DNA from: Psammoneis japonica
Lineage: Eukaryota
Direction: 5' to 3'
DNA: 64,000 bases
Assembly (NCBI GenBank): GCA_008632985.1
Contig: QPGO01000034.1
Location: 449,311 to 513,310, forward strand
Positions 11,421 to 21,378 of this stretch are shown one piece after another. Below the pieces are notes generated by a model that was given only the letters and a program-made list of their open reading frames with translations, searched no databases and was not told the origin of the DNA. A program made the position numbers and the translations under genes. Within the stretch, counting starts at the first letter, position 1. Each line of letters opens with the position of its first letter.

Positions 11421-13211
11421 TTAGCGAATCACATTGGCGCTTTCGTTGAGATCCAAGAAGATGTTGGCTTTGTATATGTTGCTCGAGGCCTCAATCGATT
11501 TTCGCAACTCGTCAGCTACAATGCTAGCCTTCAACACACTCACATCGGAATCGAGCCGAATGTCAACGTCTGCGTTAACAATGAGTGCGTCCTGGTAGTG
11601 AAGAGTGACGCCTTCAACACCCCTGACGTCTTCGTGTAACGCAGCAACTTCTCGTACTTCGTTCTCAAGCTCCGCGGCGCTGTGAGGATGAGTAGAGACT
11701 TCATCAGCGACAAGGAGTGGGCACACGACCTCCGGGCTCGTGGCGTGGACCTCAGCATCTATAACACCGGGAACGTCCATGATTCTGTATTTTAATCTCT
11801 CTTCAATATTTCTGCACACTGAAGCCGACAGGTCCCCTGAAGTGGTAATGCTGACATCGGCGATCGCGGTGGACCCAACCTGACGAGTTCGAACCTGTTT
11901 CACTTCGAATACATCTTCGCTGTCATTCAGCACGTCAGTCACCTGCTTGACAAGATCCTCATTACTTGTATCGGTCAACTGCTTGACCGATTCCCCCATG
12001 ATTTCGAATCCCGTCATACATATCATTCCTGCAACCAGCATACCTGCTGCTGAGTCCGCAGCAAGAAGGCCGGGCGAAACCATTGCAAGACCGATTGCCA
12101 CAAGCGCCAGTATCGAAGAATAGGCATCCGAACGATGATGCCACGCGTTGGCGATTACAACCTGTGAATTGAGCTTCTCTCCAACTCTGCGCGTCACACG
12201 GTAAAGCCATTCCTTGGAAAATATACTCAATGCTGCCATCAACAACGCAGGCATTGTTGGCATTTGCTCAGCCAGAGATCCAACGGAATTAAAGCCTGAA
12301 ACACGTTGAGTGGCTAAAACGTCGATGAGCTTCCTGTTGGATACCGCCCCGACGGAAATACCAGTGCCTAAAAGAGTCATGCCCAAAAAGAGCGAACCGA
12401 TAGCCTCAAACTTTCCATGACCATAAGGATGGTCGTCATCGGGCGGGAGACGACCGACTTGAACCGCCCATAGAGTAATGAAATCAGAAAACAGATCGGA
12501 TAGCGAGTGCCCAGCGTCCGCAATCAGCGCAGACGAGTTGCACGTGATGCCAACAAGAAACTTTCCCAAGGACAAAATAAGATTAACGACTCCACCCATA
12601 AGAGTCACTCTATCGGCTGCGTTGTCATTCTTAAAGAAAAACCTCCATAGCGTCCCTGCATCAATGGGCGTTGAGTGTTTGACAATACCATCGCGGATAT
12701 CTTTTATCTTGTTTATCGTGTGCTTGATCTCTCTTCTAACTGCATCAAACGTGCCTAGTCCCACTGTAGTCAATACAAATGCTGCAAGTTCCGCTCTACC
12801 TATTCGGCGATGTCGAGCCAGCGGGACGCCAAAAATTACCGCCGAGGCAAAAACAAAAATTCCCAACAACCGCCGCTTCTTGTGCAGCGGTTTCGAAGCT
12901 GCCGTAGAACTGCTCTGCGTCTGAATTAGATTCTTGTCATTTTGTTGATGGCTATGACTATGGCTATGGCCTAGGTGCATAGTAAGGCCTACCGGTTTCC
13001 TGATAGAGGTATGTCTGTACGGGAGTACGGTCACACGACGTTGAGAACTTGGCGTGAATGTGAAACTAGACACAATTCCAAGCAAATCTACAGACGCTAT
13101 GCCGATGACAAGAGCAGTCACCCAGCGCCTGTGCATACTGATATGCCTTTTGTTCGACACGATCGACGACGACGCTGCAAACGGCAACGCAAAGAGAGTG
13201 TTCAAAGACAT
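11421..13211 (-). CDS. Cation diffusion facilitator (MTP/FieF-type metal transporter), probably plastid-targeted
   Basis: SALIADAGHSLSD, HPYGHGKFE, NAWHHRSD and two C-terminal dimerisation-type domains. N-terminus has a signal peptide + SSF and HSHSHSH. The start may instead be 13136. Confidence 0.9.
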   Translation of the reverse strand: MSLNTLFALPFAASSSIVSNKRHISMHRRWVTALVIGIASVDLLGIVSSFTFTPSSQRRVTVLPYRHTSIRKPVGLTMHLGHSHSHSHQQNDKNLIQTQSSSTAASKPLHKKRRLLGIFVFASAVIFGVPLARHRRIGRAELAAFVLTTVGLGTFDAVRREIKHTINKIKDIRDGIVKHSTPIDAGTLWRFFFKNDNAADRVTLMGGVVNLILSLGKFLVGITCNSSALIADAGHSLSDLFSDFITLWAVQVGRLPPDDDHPYGHGKFEAIGSLFLGMTLLGTGISVGAVSNRKLIDVLATQRVSGFNSVGSLAEQMPTMPALLMAALSIFSKEWLYRVTRRVGEKLNSQVVIANAWHHRSDAYSSILALVAIGLAMVSPGLLAADSAAGMLVAGMICMTGFEIMGESVKQLTDTSNEDLVKQVTDVLNDSEDVFEVKQVRTRQVGSTAIADVSITTSGDLSASVCRNIEERLKYRIMDVPGVIDAEVHATSPEVVCPLLVADEVSTHPHSAAELENEVREVAALHEDVRGVEGVTLHYQDALIVNADVDIRLDSDVSVLKASIVADELRKSIEASSNIYKANIFLDLNESANVIR

Positions 13212-13482
13212 GCGAGTGGCCCTCGTCACAGTCACGCAACTTGAATGTTGAATCAGAATGTTCTGCGGGGGTGCCCAATCTTCAGGTCAACTCGGCAAGT
13301 CGGGCGAGAGAAGCAGTCGTACATTCAGCAAGCGGGGGATCTCATAAATCACTTCCCCCCCCCCCCCCCCCCCGACAAGTCAATTGTTTCTGCCCACCAC
13401 CTCTTCGATCCTCTTTCATCTTGGCTTGCTCTTGCTGGCCGCTTGCCTGTGCTGCACAGTCGTGGCGTAGCCTCTCCTTGTC

Positions 13483-14112
13483 ATGGTCATGGCTCCTTCT
13501 GAGAGCAAAGTGGTAGTAAAAAAGGAGCAAAAACGACGAAAGCGGGATGGATCCGATACAACGTCTGGAAGACGCAAACGACAGAAACAATCATTTTTGA
13601 ACGGGATGGTGGTCGCAGTATCGACACTACAGACCGAAGGGGAAGCCCATCAAGATACTAAAGCCCCCTCCTACCAAAGAGTGTCGCAATCTTGTCGCCG
13701 AGCTGGAGCCACGGTGACGGGGCAAGTGCATGGTCGGGTTTCGTTGGTCTTATGTTCAAAATCGGCTTGTCAGAATTTGACTCAACGGGTTCGTAAAGCA
13801 TTAAAGAAGAACATCCCACTTGTCGACATCGCTTGGCTTGATCGATGCCACGCGGAAGGAGAGAGGATTGACCCTGAACCCTACCTCCTAGATGAACTCG
13901 GGAAGGAAATGCTGAAAAAGACCTCCAACTCACGGGAAGAAAAGATAGAGGAACCTCGCGCGACGGAGGAAGACCTGCCAGAAGAAGGCTGGTCCGAACC
14001 AGTGGATCTCGGATGTTGCTGCGTCTGCCATGAAAATGGCACTGACCAGTGTCCGTGGTGTACAAATTGCAGCGTGGTACTTGCTAATAAGAAAATACAG
14101 AAGGAGAATTGA
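13483..14112 (+). CDS. BRCT-domain protein with C-terminal Cys-rich motif
   Basis: FLNGMVVAVS...GATV...NIPLVDIAWLDRC is BRCT-like; ends with CCCVCH..CPWC..C; basic NLS near the N-terminus. Confidence 0.75.
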   Translation: MVMAPSESKVVVKKEQKRRKRDGSDTTSGRRKRQKQSFLNGMVVAVSTLQTEGEAHQDTKAPSYQRVSQSCRRAGATVTGQVHGRVSLVLCSKSACQNLTQRVRKALKKNIPLVDIAWLDRCHAEGERIDPEPYLLDELGKEMLKKTSNSREEKIEEPRATEEDLPEEGWSEPVDLGCCCVCHENGTDQCPWCTNCSVVLANKKIQKEN

Positions 14113-14203
14113 GCGGCTGCACAAAGAACCTACGCATGAGACTGAGAAAAAGTTACACCTGACCTTGGCCTAAAACACGCAGTCCATTGTTTGCAACGTA
14201 CGA

Positions 14204-17200
14204 TTAGAGGTACAATGAACTACAGAAAACAATATCTCGCTTGAGAAGCTCGCTTCCTTTTTCGAATTTTGCCTGCAGTTCATGATTTCCAATAGCCTTT
14301 GCGGCGCTCGCAATCTGCCTTACTAGCTCCTCCAAACGGCGAAGTGTACGGATGGTCGTACCTTCAAATGAACCGGTAAGCTTTTGCACATCAATGAACT
14401 TGGCACCCTTACACCAAGCAAACACAGCTTCCATCCTTTGAAGCGACAAGAAAACAAAATTGTCGGGATGAGAAACAGAGTGCAAAAATGTGGAAGTTTT
14501 AGAAAACGATACGAGTGCTGCTCAGAGAGTATGGTCGCTAAAATGTTCCTCATGTGAGATAGGGTCGCCTCTTTTTTCGTCTCTGTGAGCTCCAGTACTT
14601 TCACACCGCGGCTCGAACAGCGGCGTAAGAAGCAACAAAGTAATTATAATCAATGCAGCAATATGTCAAGACGATTTCTCGTACTTACATTCCTGGATTG
14701 AACTTGTCGACAAACTCTTCTTCGTCCAGTTCTATCTTGCACGAGATGGCAGCTTTTGCAACCGTACGAGCTACCTCCTGCAGTTTCATGTACGGTTTCA
14801 GAAGATAGCTCTTGAGGCCTTTTGTCGGGTCGTCGTCGTCCTTGTTCCGTTCGTCATAAGTCATGCATGACAGCAAAGCAACGCACTGTTCAGGACTCAA
14901 ATCATTAAAGACTCCAGTGAACATAAGGTCAACCACTACCAATTCATTCGCAGTGTTGATTTCACAAGCTGTCCGACCCTTCGTCTGTATGACGCCGTTT
15001 GCATCGACGTGTCCGAGCTTTTTCAATACGCGCTTCATTCTCTTCAAGTCGTCTTTCATTGCAATGGTTTCACAAGCACGGGCTTCCTCTTTCACCGCCT
15101 TTGCGCTTTCCAAAAGCTCGATCTTTTTTGAATATGCCATCACCTTCTCAATCCTGACGTTTTCTTCAAAGTCTGTGGCTAGCTTGTGCGAAGCGAGACG
15201 CTCGGTCAGCGCCTCCGCTCGCGCCATTAGAGTTTTGAATTCATCATCTTGTACTTTCATGTCCTTGATTGGATCAAAGAGCGGAATACCGTCTGGAAAC
15301 CGCCGCTGCACCTCCTTTACAGCTGTGGCAACGTTTCGACGCGATTCGTCACGATGAATATCAGATGGGACGAAGATTTTGACCCGAGATATCCGCTCGA
15401 TTGAGTCTAATCCTATCGTAAAGACTCGCATCGAAACAACACTGTCTTCGTCCTTTCCAAAAACTGCGGGACGACAATGTTCGTGGCTTCCCCTCCACAA
15501 CAGACTTGCATTACCTGCATCTTCCTCCCGTTCGCTGCCTTCAACCTTGTCAAAGTGCCTATCCACACAGAACAACAACACCTCCAACGTGTACTGCATT
15601 GCACCAACCGCTTGCGCCGCCATGCGACCTGCAGAACCAGCTGTCTCTGTTCCGGTTTTTCGTTTACATGATACCAGCACTCCCCAGCCATATGCATCGC
15701 CATCGATCGCGACATCGAGGAAACGTCCAGTATGTTGGAGGAATTTCACCATGTACTCTGGCTTTTGCACTATTTGCTTCATCTTTCGTCTTGTCAAAAG
15801 CATTTGTTGGTCCATCTGGTAATACTGGGACACGAGCTCCACCTCCTCTGACGACCCTACTTGAATGTTTGCTGCCTGCGCTTCATACTCCTCGGCTTGT
15901 GTGATCAACCCCGGCGCGTCCTTTTCTCGCTGAAACTGATGAAACGACGCACGGAGTATATATTCCGGGTCCACGTCTTCCACTCTCATCATATTCAAAA
16001 GCATGTTATATGAAATGTGATAGCTTGAATTGAGAGGGTCGGGCTCTCCGTAAAGAATTCCTTTACAAACAGCTGGTTCCATCTTTTCGTCAAGCATTTG
16101 AATAACGATACCACGATCATCCTTTCCACGCCGACCTGCGCGGCCCGACATCTGAATGTATTCACCCGAGGTGACCCAGCGGAATTCCTTTCCGTCCCAT
16201 TTTCGAGTATTGGTAAAGACAACTGTCTTGGCTGGCATATTGATACCGATACTGAAGGTCTCCGTCGCAAAGAGCAACTTGATAAGCCCCTCTGAAAATA
16301 AAATTTCGACAATTTCCTTAAGAATTGGCAAGAGACCGCCGTGATGAATACCGATTCCTCGTTTCAGCAGAGGCAAGAGTGCCACCACTTGCGGGAGCTC
16401 ACGGTCGTCTTTGCCCAGAGACTCGATTGCGTTGGTATACACTTGGGAGATCAGGTCCTTCTCCACGTCATCAGTATAGTCTTCTTGATTCAGAGTAAGA
16501 GCGTATCGTTCACAATCCTTCTTGGAAAAGGAAAAGACAATGACTGGGTTTAGATTTCTGTCCATGATCAATTTGACAATTCTTTTCAAATCGTTCGACG
16601 GCCCGCCCTTTTTCCCTCCATTGGAAGATCGTTTGCGCTTCTGACCCCGCGAATTCCCAGATTCTAGTATAGCATCCGCGGCGGCTGCTTCAGCTCCACT
16701 ACCAGATTGAAGTGTCGCCATTGCCTTTTGGAAATTCGCATCTCTGAATTTTCCGCGCTCGTCCACCACAAGATGTAATCCGTCGCCACCTTGAGGAAAT
16801 ATGTAGTGCTGAAGCGGCACGGGTCGATAGTTGGTGTACACCACATGGCAGGGCTGGTGGTGAATATGAGCAATCCAATCAGCGAACTGTGACGCATTTG
16901 GAATCGTCGCACTCAGAAAGACGAATCGAACGCGATGAGGAAGCAAAATGATGCTCTCCTCCCAGACAACCCCGCGTTCGCTATCTCTCATGTAATGCAC
17001 TTCATCGTAGATGACTGTCGTCAAGCAGAGGAGACAAAGTATGTTAGACTGGCAAGTAATTGAACAACCAGCAAGATACGACTGTTTTGCACTCACCCCA
17101 TGCAACCTCCCTCATGATTTCTGATCCTCGATAGAGCATGCTTCTAAGGATTTCGGTAGTCATGACGAGCGCAGTTGCCGAAGGGTTGATGGTGATGTCA

Positions 17201-17808
17201 CCAGTCATGAGACCAACATCTTGGAACTCTTCCTGTAAGTCCCGAAACTTTTGATTGGAGAGCGCCTTGATGGGAGACGTATAGACGACACGTTGTCCGT
17301 CGCGCAATGATTTTGCTACAGCATATTCGGCGACGGCTGTTTTTCCGGCCGAAGTGTGCGCTGCCACCAGTACCGACTCGTCTTTGTCAATGTATGAAAC
17401 CGCCTGCGCTTGAAATGGATCCAGCGTAAACTTGTATTCTTTGGCGGGTGTTGTTGATTGAGGCTCGGCTCGAGTCGGCAACGTGCCGGGAGGAAGATTC
17501 TTCGGATAAGCCGAATAAGATCGAACCGACTTGTCAATGGAAGTACCAGTAGCAATCTCTTTCGCTTCATCATTGACTTCTGCTTTCTTCTTCTCAGTCG
17601 TTTCTTTCATCTCCTTTGCGGGTTCTTCTTCCTTCTTGTTTCGCAGAATCGATGCAGCGGGCTGTGACATGATGTTCGTGTAGGCATTGTTTTCTGTGGA
17701 AGCGTCAGGTTCATCCGTCTTTGTTTCTGACGTTGACACTTCTTTGACTTTTGGGGGATCGACATCTCCATCAAAGGCGCCAAACAAGGCGTCCAGATCG
17801 TCTGCCAT
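14204..17808 (-). CDS. MTR4: Exosome RNA helicase MTR4 (Ski2-like), 3 exons
   Basis: [35 protein letters not shown] and DSHCT end [11 protein letters not shown]. Introns at 17096..17015 and 14688..14436. Confidence 0.95.
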
Positions 17809-18334
17809 GGTGAACCTGACAAATCAAGAGAGTTTTGTTGGCAGTGTCGAAGTGTCGTTTTTAAGTAAAGAGTTTAAAGAGCCTATGCAGAGCGGAAGGG
17901 GTGGGAGCCATGAGGGGCAGCAGGAGGCATCGAAGTACCGTAATAGCTGCCGGATCAGAGAGAAGAGAGACGATGCTTTTTGTTGGCTGAAGGGAGGTTT
18001 TACGGTCGCGCGGAGTTCGAGCTTCGACAGGTTCTGAGCTCCGAGACGAGGTGGCCGGAACCGAAAAGTTATGAGCTCTAATCACTCTCTCGTATGACAT
18101 TGTGTACACTTCTACACGATTTTGTGTTTTTCCTTATGTAAAATATTAATTATGACCCACGCGACATTTTCGAATGATTCCTATTGTCGCGATCGCGGGC
18201 GTGCGCGTTGCGCGATGGCATTCGTTATTTCTGCTTCGGCGCTTCGGGTTTGCCCACACCATGATTGACACCGGTCTCGGCATGAGAGCGCAAACAACAC
18301 AGTCTTTTTGATACCACACAGTGGACTCTCGATC

Positions 18335-20143
18335 ATGTGGAGGCACAGCAATAAGTCGAAGCGACATTTCCACTTTTCAGGTTGGAATCATTCGAGTCAT
18401 AAATCCTCTGCGCAAGAGGGGAAAACAAATCAGTCGCAGACGAGCAAACCCTGCGATTCGAATCACGAGAGATCGGGAAAAGACCTTACGAGTGATACGA
18501 GTGGCAACGAATCATCTATAAAGTCATCATGCACGAATGGTTCGTCCTCCTCGACGCATAAGAAACATCGTCGTCGTTCCCTAAGAGGAGGAAAATTGAT
18601 GCACAGAGTTAGGTCCTCGATGGGTCATTCGGTGAATTCATTGGGACATCACCTTGACGACCTGCTCTCTCCGAAAACTGATCCATCAGTGAGTGCCCGT
18701 ATAAGAGTAAACAACGGCGTTTTATTGATTCGCTGTAAAACAGAAGACGAGCACAACAAAGCAGTCGACGAATTCTTGGACCTGGTCAAGGATGTTCACG
18801 GAGAGGAGGGTTTGCATCTGGCTGGGTTTGAGTACCGACCTGTTTACTGCGATCATCATAGTGAACGATCCAACGATGGAGACGTACAAGAAAAAGACAA
18901 GCTCATTTCACTTATGGAGAAAGCAGTTATTGTTAACAGAAGCGACCACGAAAGGACTCAACGACAGCCTGATGTACAGGCCGCGTCCTGTATTGGTATA
19001 CACAGTGATCCACTCTGTTCACATTGCACGACCAGACTGTTCCACAAGCAATCAGATACAATTATCACAGAAGAAAATCGTCGACGATACATTGCTGATG
19101 GACCTATGTACGAAGAGACAGCCAGATTGTGTCAAGAGTACGCGCAAGAATTGATGCAACGCGAGGGACATTTGGAGTGGATTACCATTTGCAATGATGA
19201 AGCGCGTGGTGAACCCGTACGCGCGTTGGTGCATGTAGATCATGAAGTTTCCACCGGGGCTTCGACGCGCTCTGCATCGGCTTATTCGACCGACTCGGAG
19301 GAGGACGAGAATTGTCAAATAGAGACAGATGCTTCTGTTACTGGACCCAAGCCAACACTCCTTATTGCTACCGGAAAAGGCAAAGTTCGAGCTGGTATAT
19401 TCTCACGTCACCATTTGCTGGTGTCAGGAATCGAGCCAAGCACATCACTTCCCATGGTAAGGGAAGCTTCAAGGAGGGAAATGAATGTTGCGATCTTGGA
19501 TCCGAATGCCCGTGGTGACAAGCAAGGAATGATTACATTCGAGCAGTCCTTGGGAAAGCTCTTTGGGCATTGGGAGGAAGAGGAATCCCAATCTCAGTGC
19601 GATAAAGTTCATGATCTCTATATCCTGGCGCATTCACAGTCTGGCTCACAGCTTGTGCAGTATCTACTTGCTCGCGCTAAATGCTATTTACCGCGTATCC
19701 GTGCCATCGCATTCACTGACTCGACTCATAATATTCAATGGACAAAGCGGAACTTAAGCGTGAAGAATCTCCTAGAGTCATCGGCGTGTGTCTATGTCAG
19801 ATCGTCCAACGTGATGCGAGATAGTAACTGGCAAGAGCACCAAGCCGGAGACGTTGTCAAAACGGACCAGTTTTGGCGACATCGCTTCGGCACAATTCAT
19901 ACTGTTTGGGGAGGAACTAAAGAGCATTCCAAGATAAACTGGACTGCTCACAGTCACATCTGGGAACATTTTGATCGGTACTTATCCACAAATGTAACTC
20001 GCGATGGTGGAGGAGTAGACGAAGAGAACCAAAAGCAAAATAATGTCCGCGACACGGAGAATCAGAAACCGTTGGAAGATTCGGAAACTGCGGAGCCATC
20101 GAAATGCAGCCGTGGTGTCCACGTTGGCGCCTTCACTGTTTAG
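18335..20143 (+). CDS. FAM172A/Arb2-domain protein
   Basis: LLIATGKGKVRAGIFSR, VAILDPN, ILAHSQSG and IAFTDS match the Arb2/FAM172 alpha/beta-hydrolase-like domain. Confidence 0.8.
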   Translation: MWRHSNKSKRHFHFSGWNHSSHKSSAQEGKTNQSQTSKPCDSNHERSGKDLTSDTSGNESSIKSSCTNGSSSSTHKKHRRRSLRGGKLMHRVRSSMGHSVNSLGHHLDDLLSPKTDPSVSARIRVNNGVLLIRCKTEDEHNKAVDEFLDLVKDVHGEEGLHLAGFEYRPVYCDHHSERSNDGDVQEKDKLISLMEKAVIVNRSDHERTQRQPDVQAASCIGIHSDPLCSHCTTRLFHKQSDTIITEENRRRYIADGPMYEETARLCQEYAQELMQREGHLEWITICNDEARGEPVRALVHVDHEVSTGASTRSASAYSTDSEEDENCQIETDASVTGPKPTLLIATGKGKVRAGIFSRHHLLVSGIEPSTSLPMVREASRREMNVAILDPNARGDKQGMITFEQSLGKLFGHWEEEESQSQCDKVHDLYILAHSQSGSQLVQYLLARAKCYLPRIRAIAFTDSTHNIQWTKRNLSVKNLLESSACVYVRSSNVMRDSNWQEHQAGDVVKTDQFWRHRFGTIHTVWGGTKEHSKINWTAHSHIWEHFDRYLSTNVTRDGGGVDEENQKQNNVRDTENQKPLEDSETAEPSKCSRGVHVGAFTV

Positions 20144-20419
20144 ATAGCAACATAGTTTGAAACACGTGGACGTGGAGCTACCAGAGCCAGAGAAAACAGA
20201 AATGACCAGTATTTTCATAGAGTTCTTCTCGCTCTTTGCCACCTCGTCTTGCTCTTCGATCTTGCAAACACGACTCATAAACGCGACCTCTATTTAGAAC
20301 AGCATCCATCTGCTGGAGGCTGGAGATGATGATTCTTGCGTGTTTTTGTGCCTGCACCTGCACAGTACTTGCATGCCTGTTGCCGTTCTCTTCTGTCTTT
20401 GGATATCATCATACTTGCA

Positions 20420-21292
20420 ATGGCTATTCAGAATGTTGCTACGCGCTTACAGATTAAGAGTTTGGTGGGGATAGTGATTCTGTTTGTGTTCACGAAACAA
20501 TGTTTTGCACGCCCTCTCGTCGGGAGATCGAAGATCACAGCGAATCATCCTACCGTTTCCCGTCGAAGTGGCACGCAGAAGCAGAATGCGCTCAAGCGAG
20601 GAAAGCCAATGGGAAATCACATCACCGCCGAAAATTTATACGCAGCGTATCAAGAAATTCAACACGAATATCAATCTAAAGCGTTTGTGTCTAAAGGGTG
20701 GCAAATCTTATCCAAAACCAAAGACGGAGTAGAGATTGCACTGCTGAAGACTGCATCCGACCCAGCTTGTCCCTACATAAGGATTACTGCGACGTTACCA
20801 GCGAGGATTGCTGAAACGTGGCAGGTCCTCAGCCTGTCGAACTGGGATGTTACAATGAGAAAGATTAATCCCTTTTACGATGGTTTGGAAATCATAGGTG
20901 AATATGCGAAAGGTCCCGTCAAAATGACTGTAGCTCGAAAGCGAACCAAACGCATCTTCGCCTTTGGTAGGCGTGACTTCGGTTTGGTTTCTGTCAGCGA
21001 CGTGCCGAGAAAAGATGGTGTATGGGTTTCCGGTACTGTGTCGCTTGAGACTCCTCAGCTCCCACGCCAACGCGGCTACGTTCGTGCCTTTCAAGACAGC
21101 ATCTCTTTTTACAAACCAATGCGCGACCAGAATGGCAAGGAAATAACGCGTCTCACAATGATCTGTCGCACAGATTTGAATGATTCTACAGGCGCCGGTG
21201 GGTGGGTGCCAATGTGGCTTTACATCAAGACAATTGGGAAAAGTGGAACACAAGCCATGCAAGGATTGCGACAGCTGCTTGAAGAAGCGTGA
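20420..21292 (+). CDS. START/SRPBCC lipid-binding domain protein with signal peptide
   Basis: GW..L, RRDFGLV, GYVRA and DL...GGWVPMWL are START-like; hydrophobic N-terminus. Confidence 0.75.
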   Translation: MAIQNVATRLQIKSLVGIVILFVFTKQCFARPLVGRSKITANHPTVSRRSGTQKQNALKRGKPMGNHITAENLYAAYQEIQHEYQSKAFVSKGWQILSKTKDGVEIALLKTASDPACPYIRITATLPARIAETWQVLSLSNWDVTMRKINPFYDGLEIIGEYAKGPVKMTVARKRTKRIFAFGRRDFGLVSVSDVPRKDGVWVSGTVSLETPQLPRQRGYVRAFQDSISFYKPMRDQNGKEITRLTMICRTDLNDSTGAGGWVPMWLYIKTIGKSGTQAMQGLRQLLEEA

Positions 21293-21378
21293 CGACGATG
21301 GAACTTGCCCGGATGGAAATAGCTTTTAGATTATTGAATTTGCACCAGGTAATACCGTGTGTTATATTGACTTCCAAT

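Noticed and set aside
13355..13373. C19 tract in the divergent CDF/BRCT spacer
   Set aside because: A single homopolymer of unreliable length; no further support for function.
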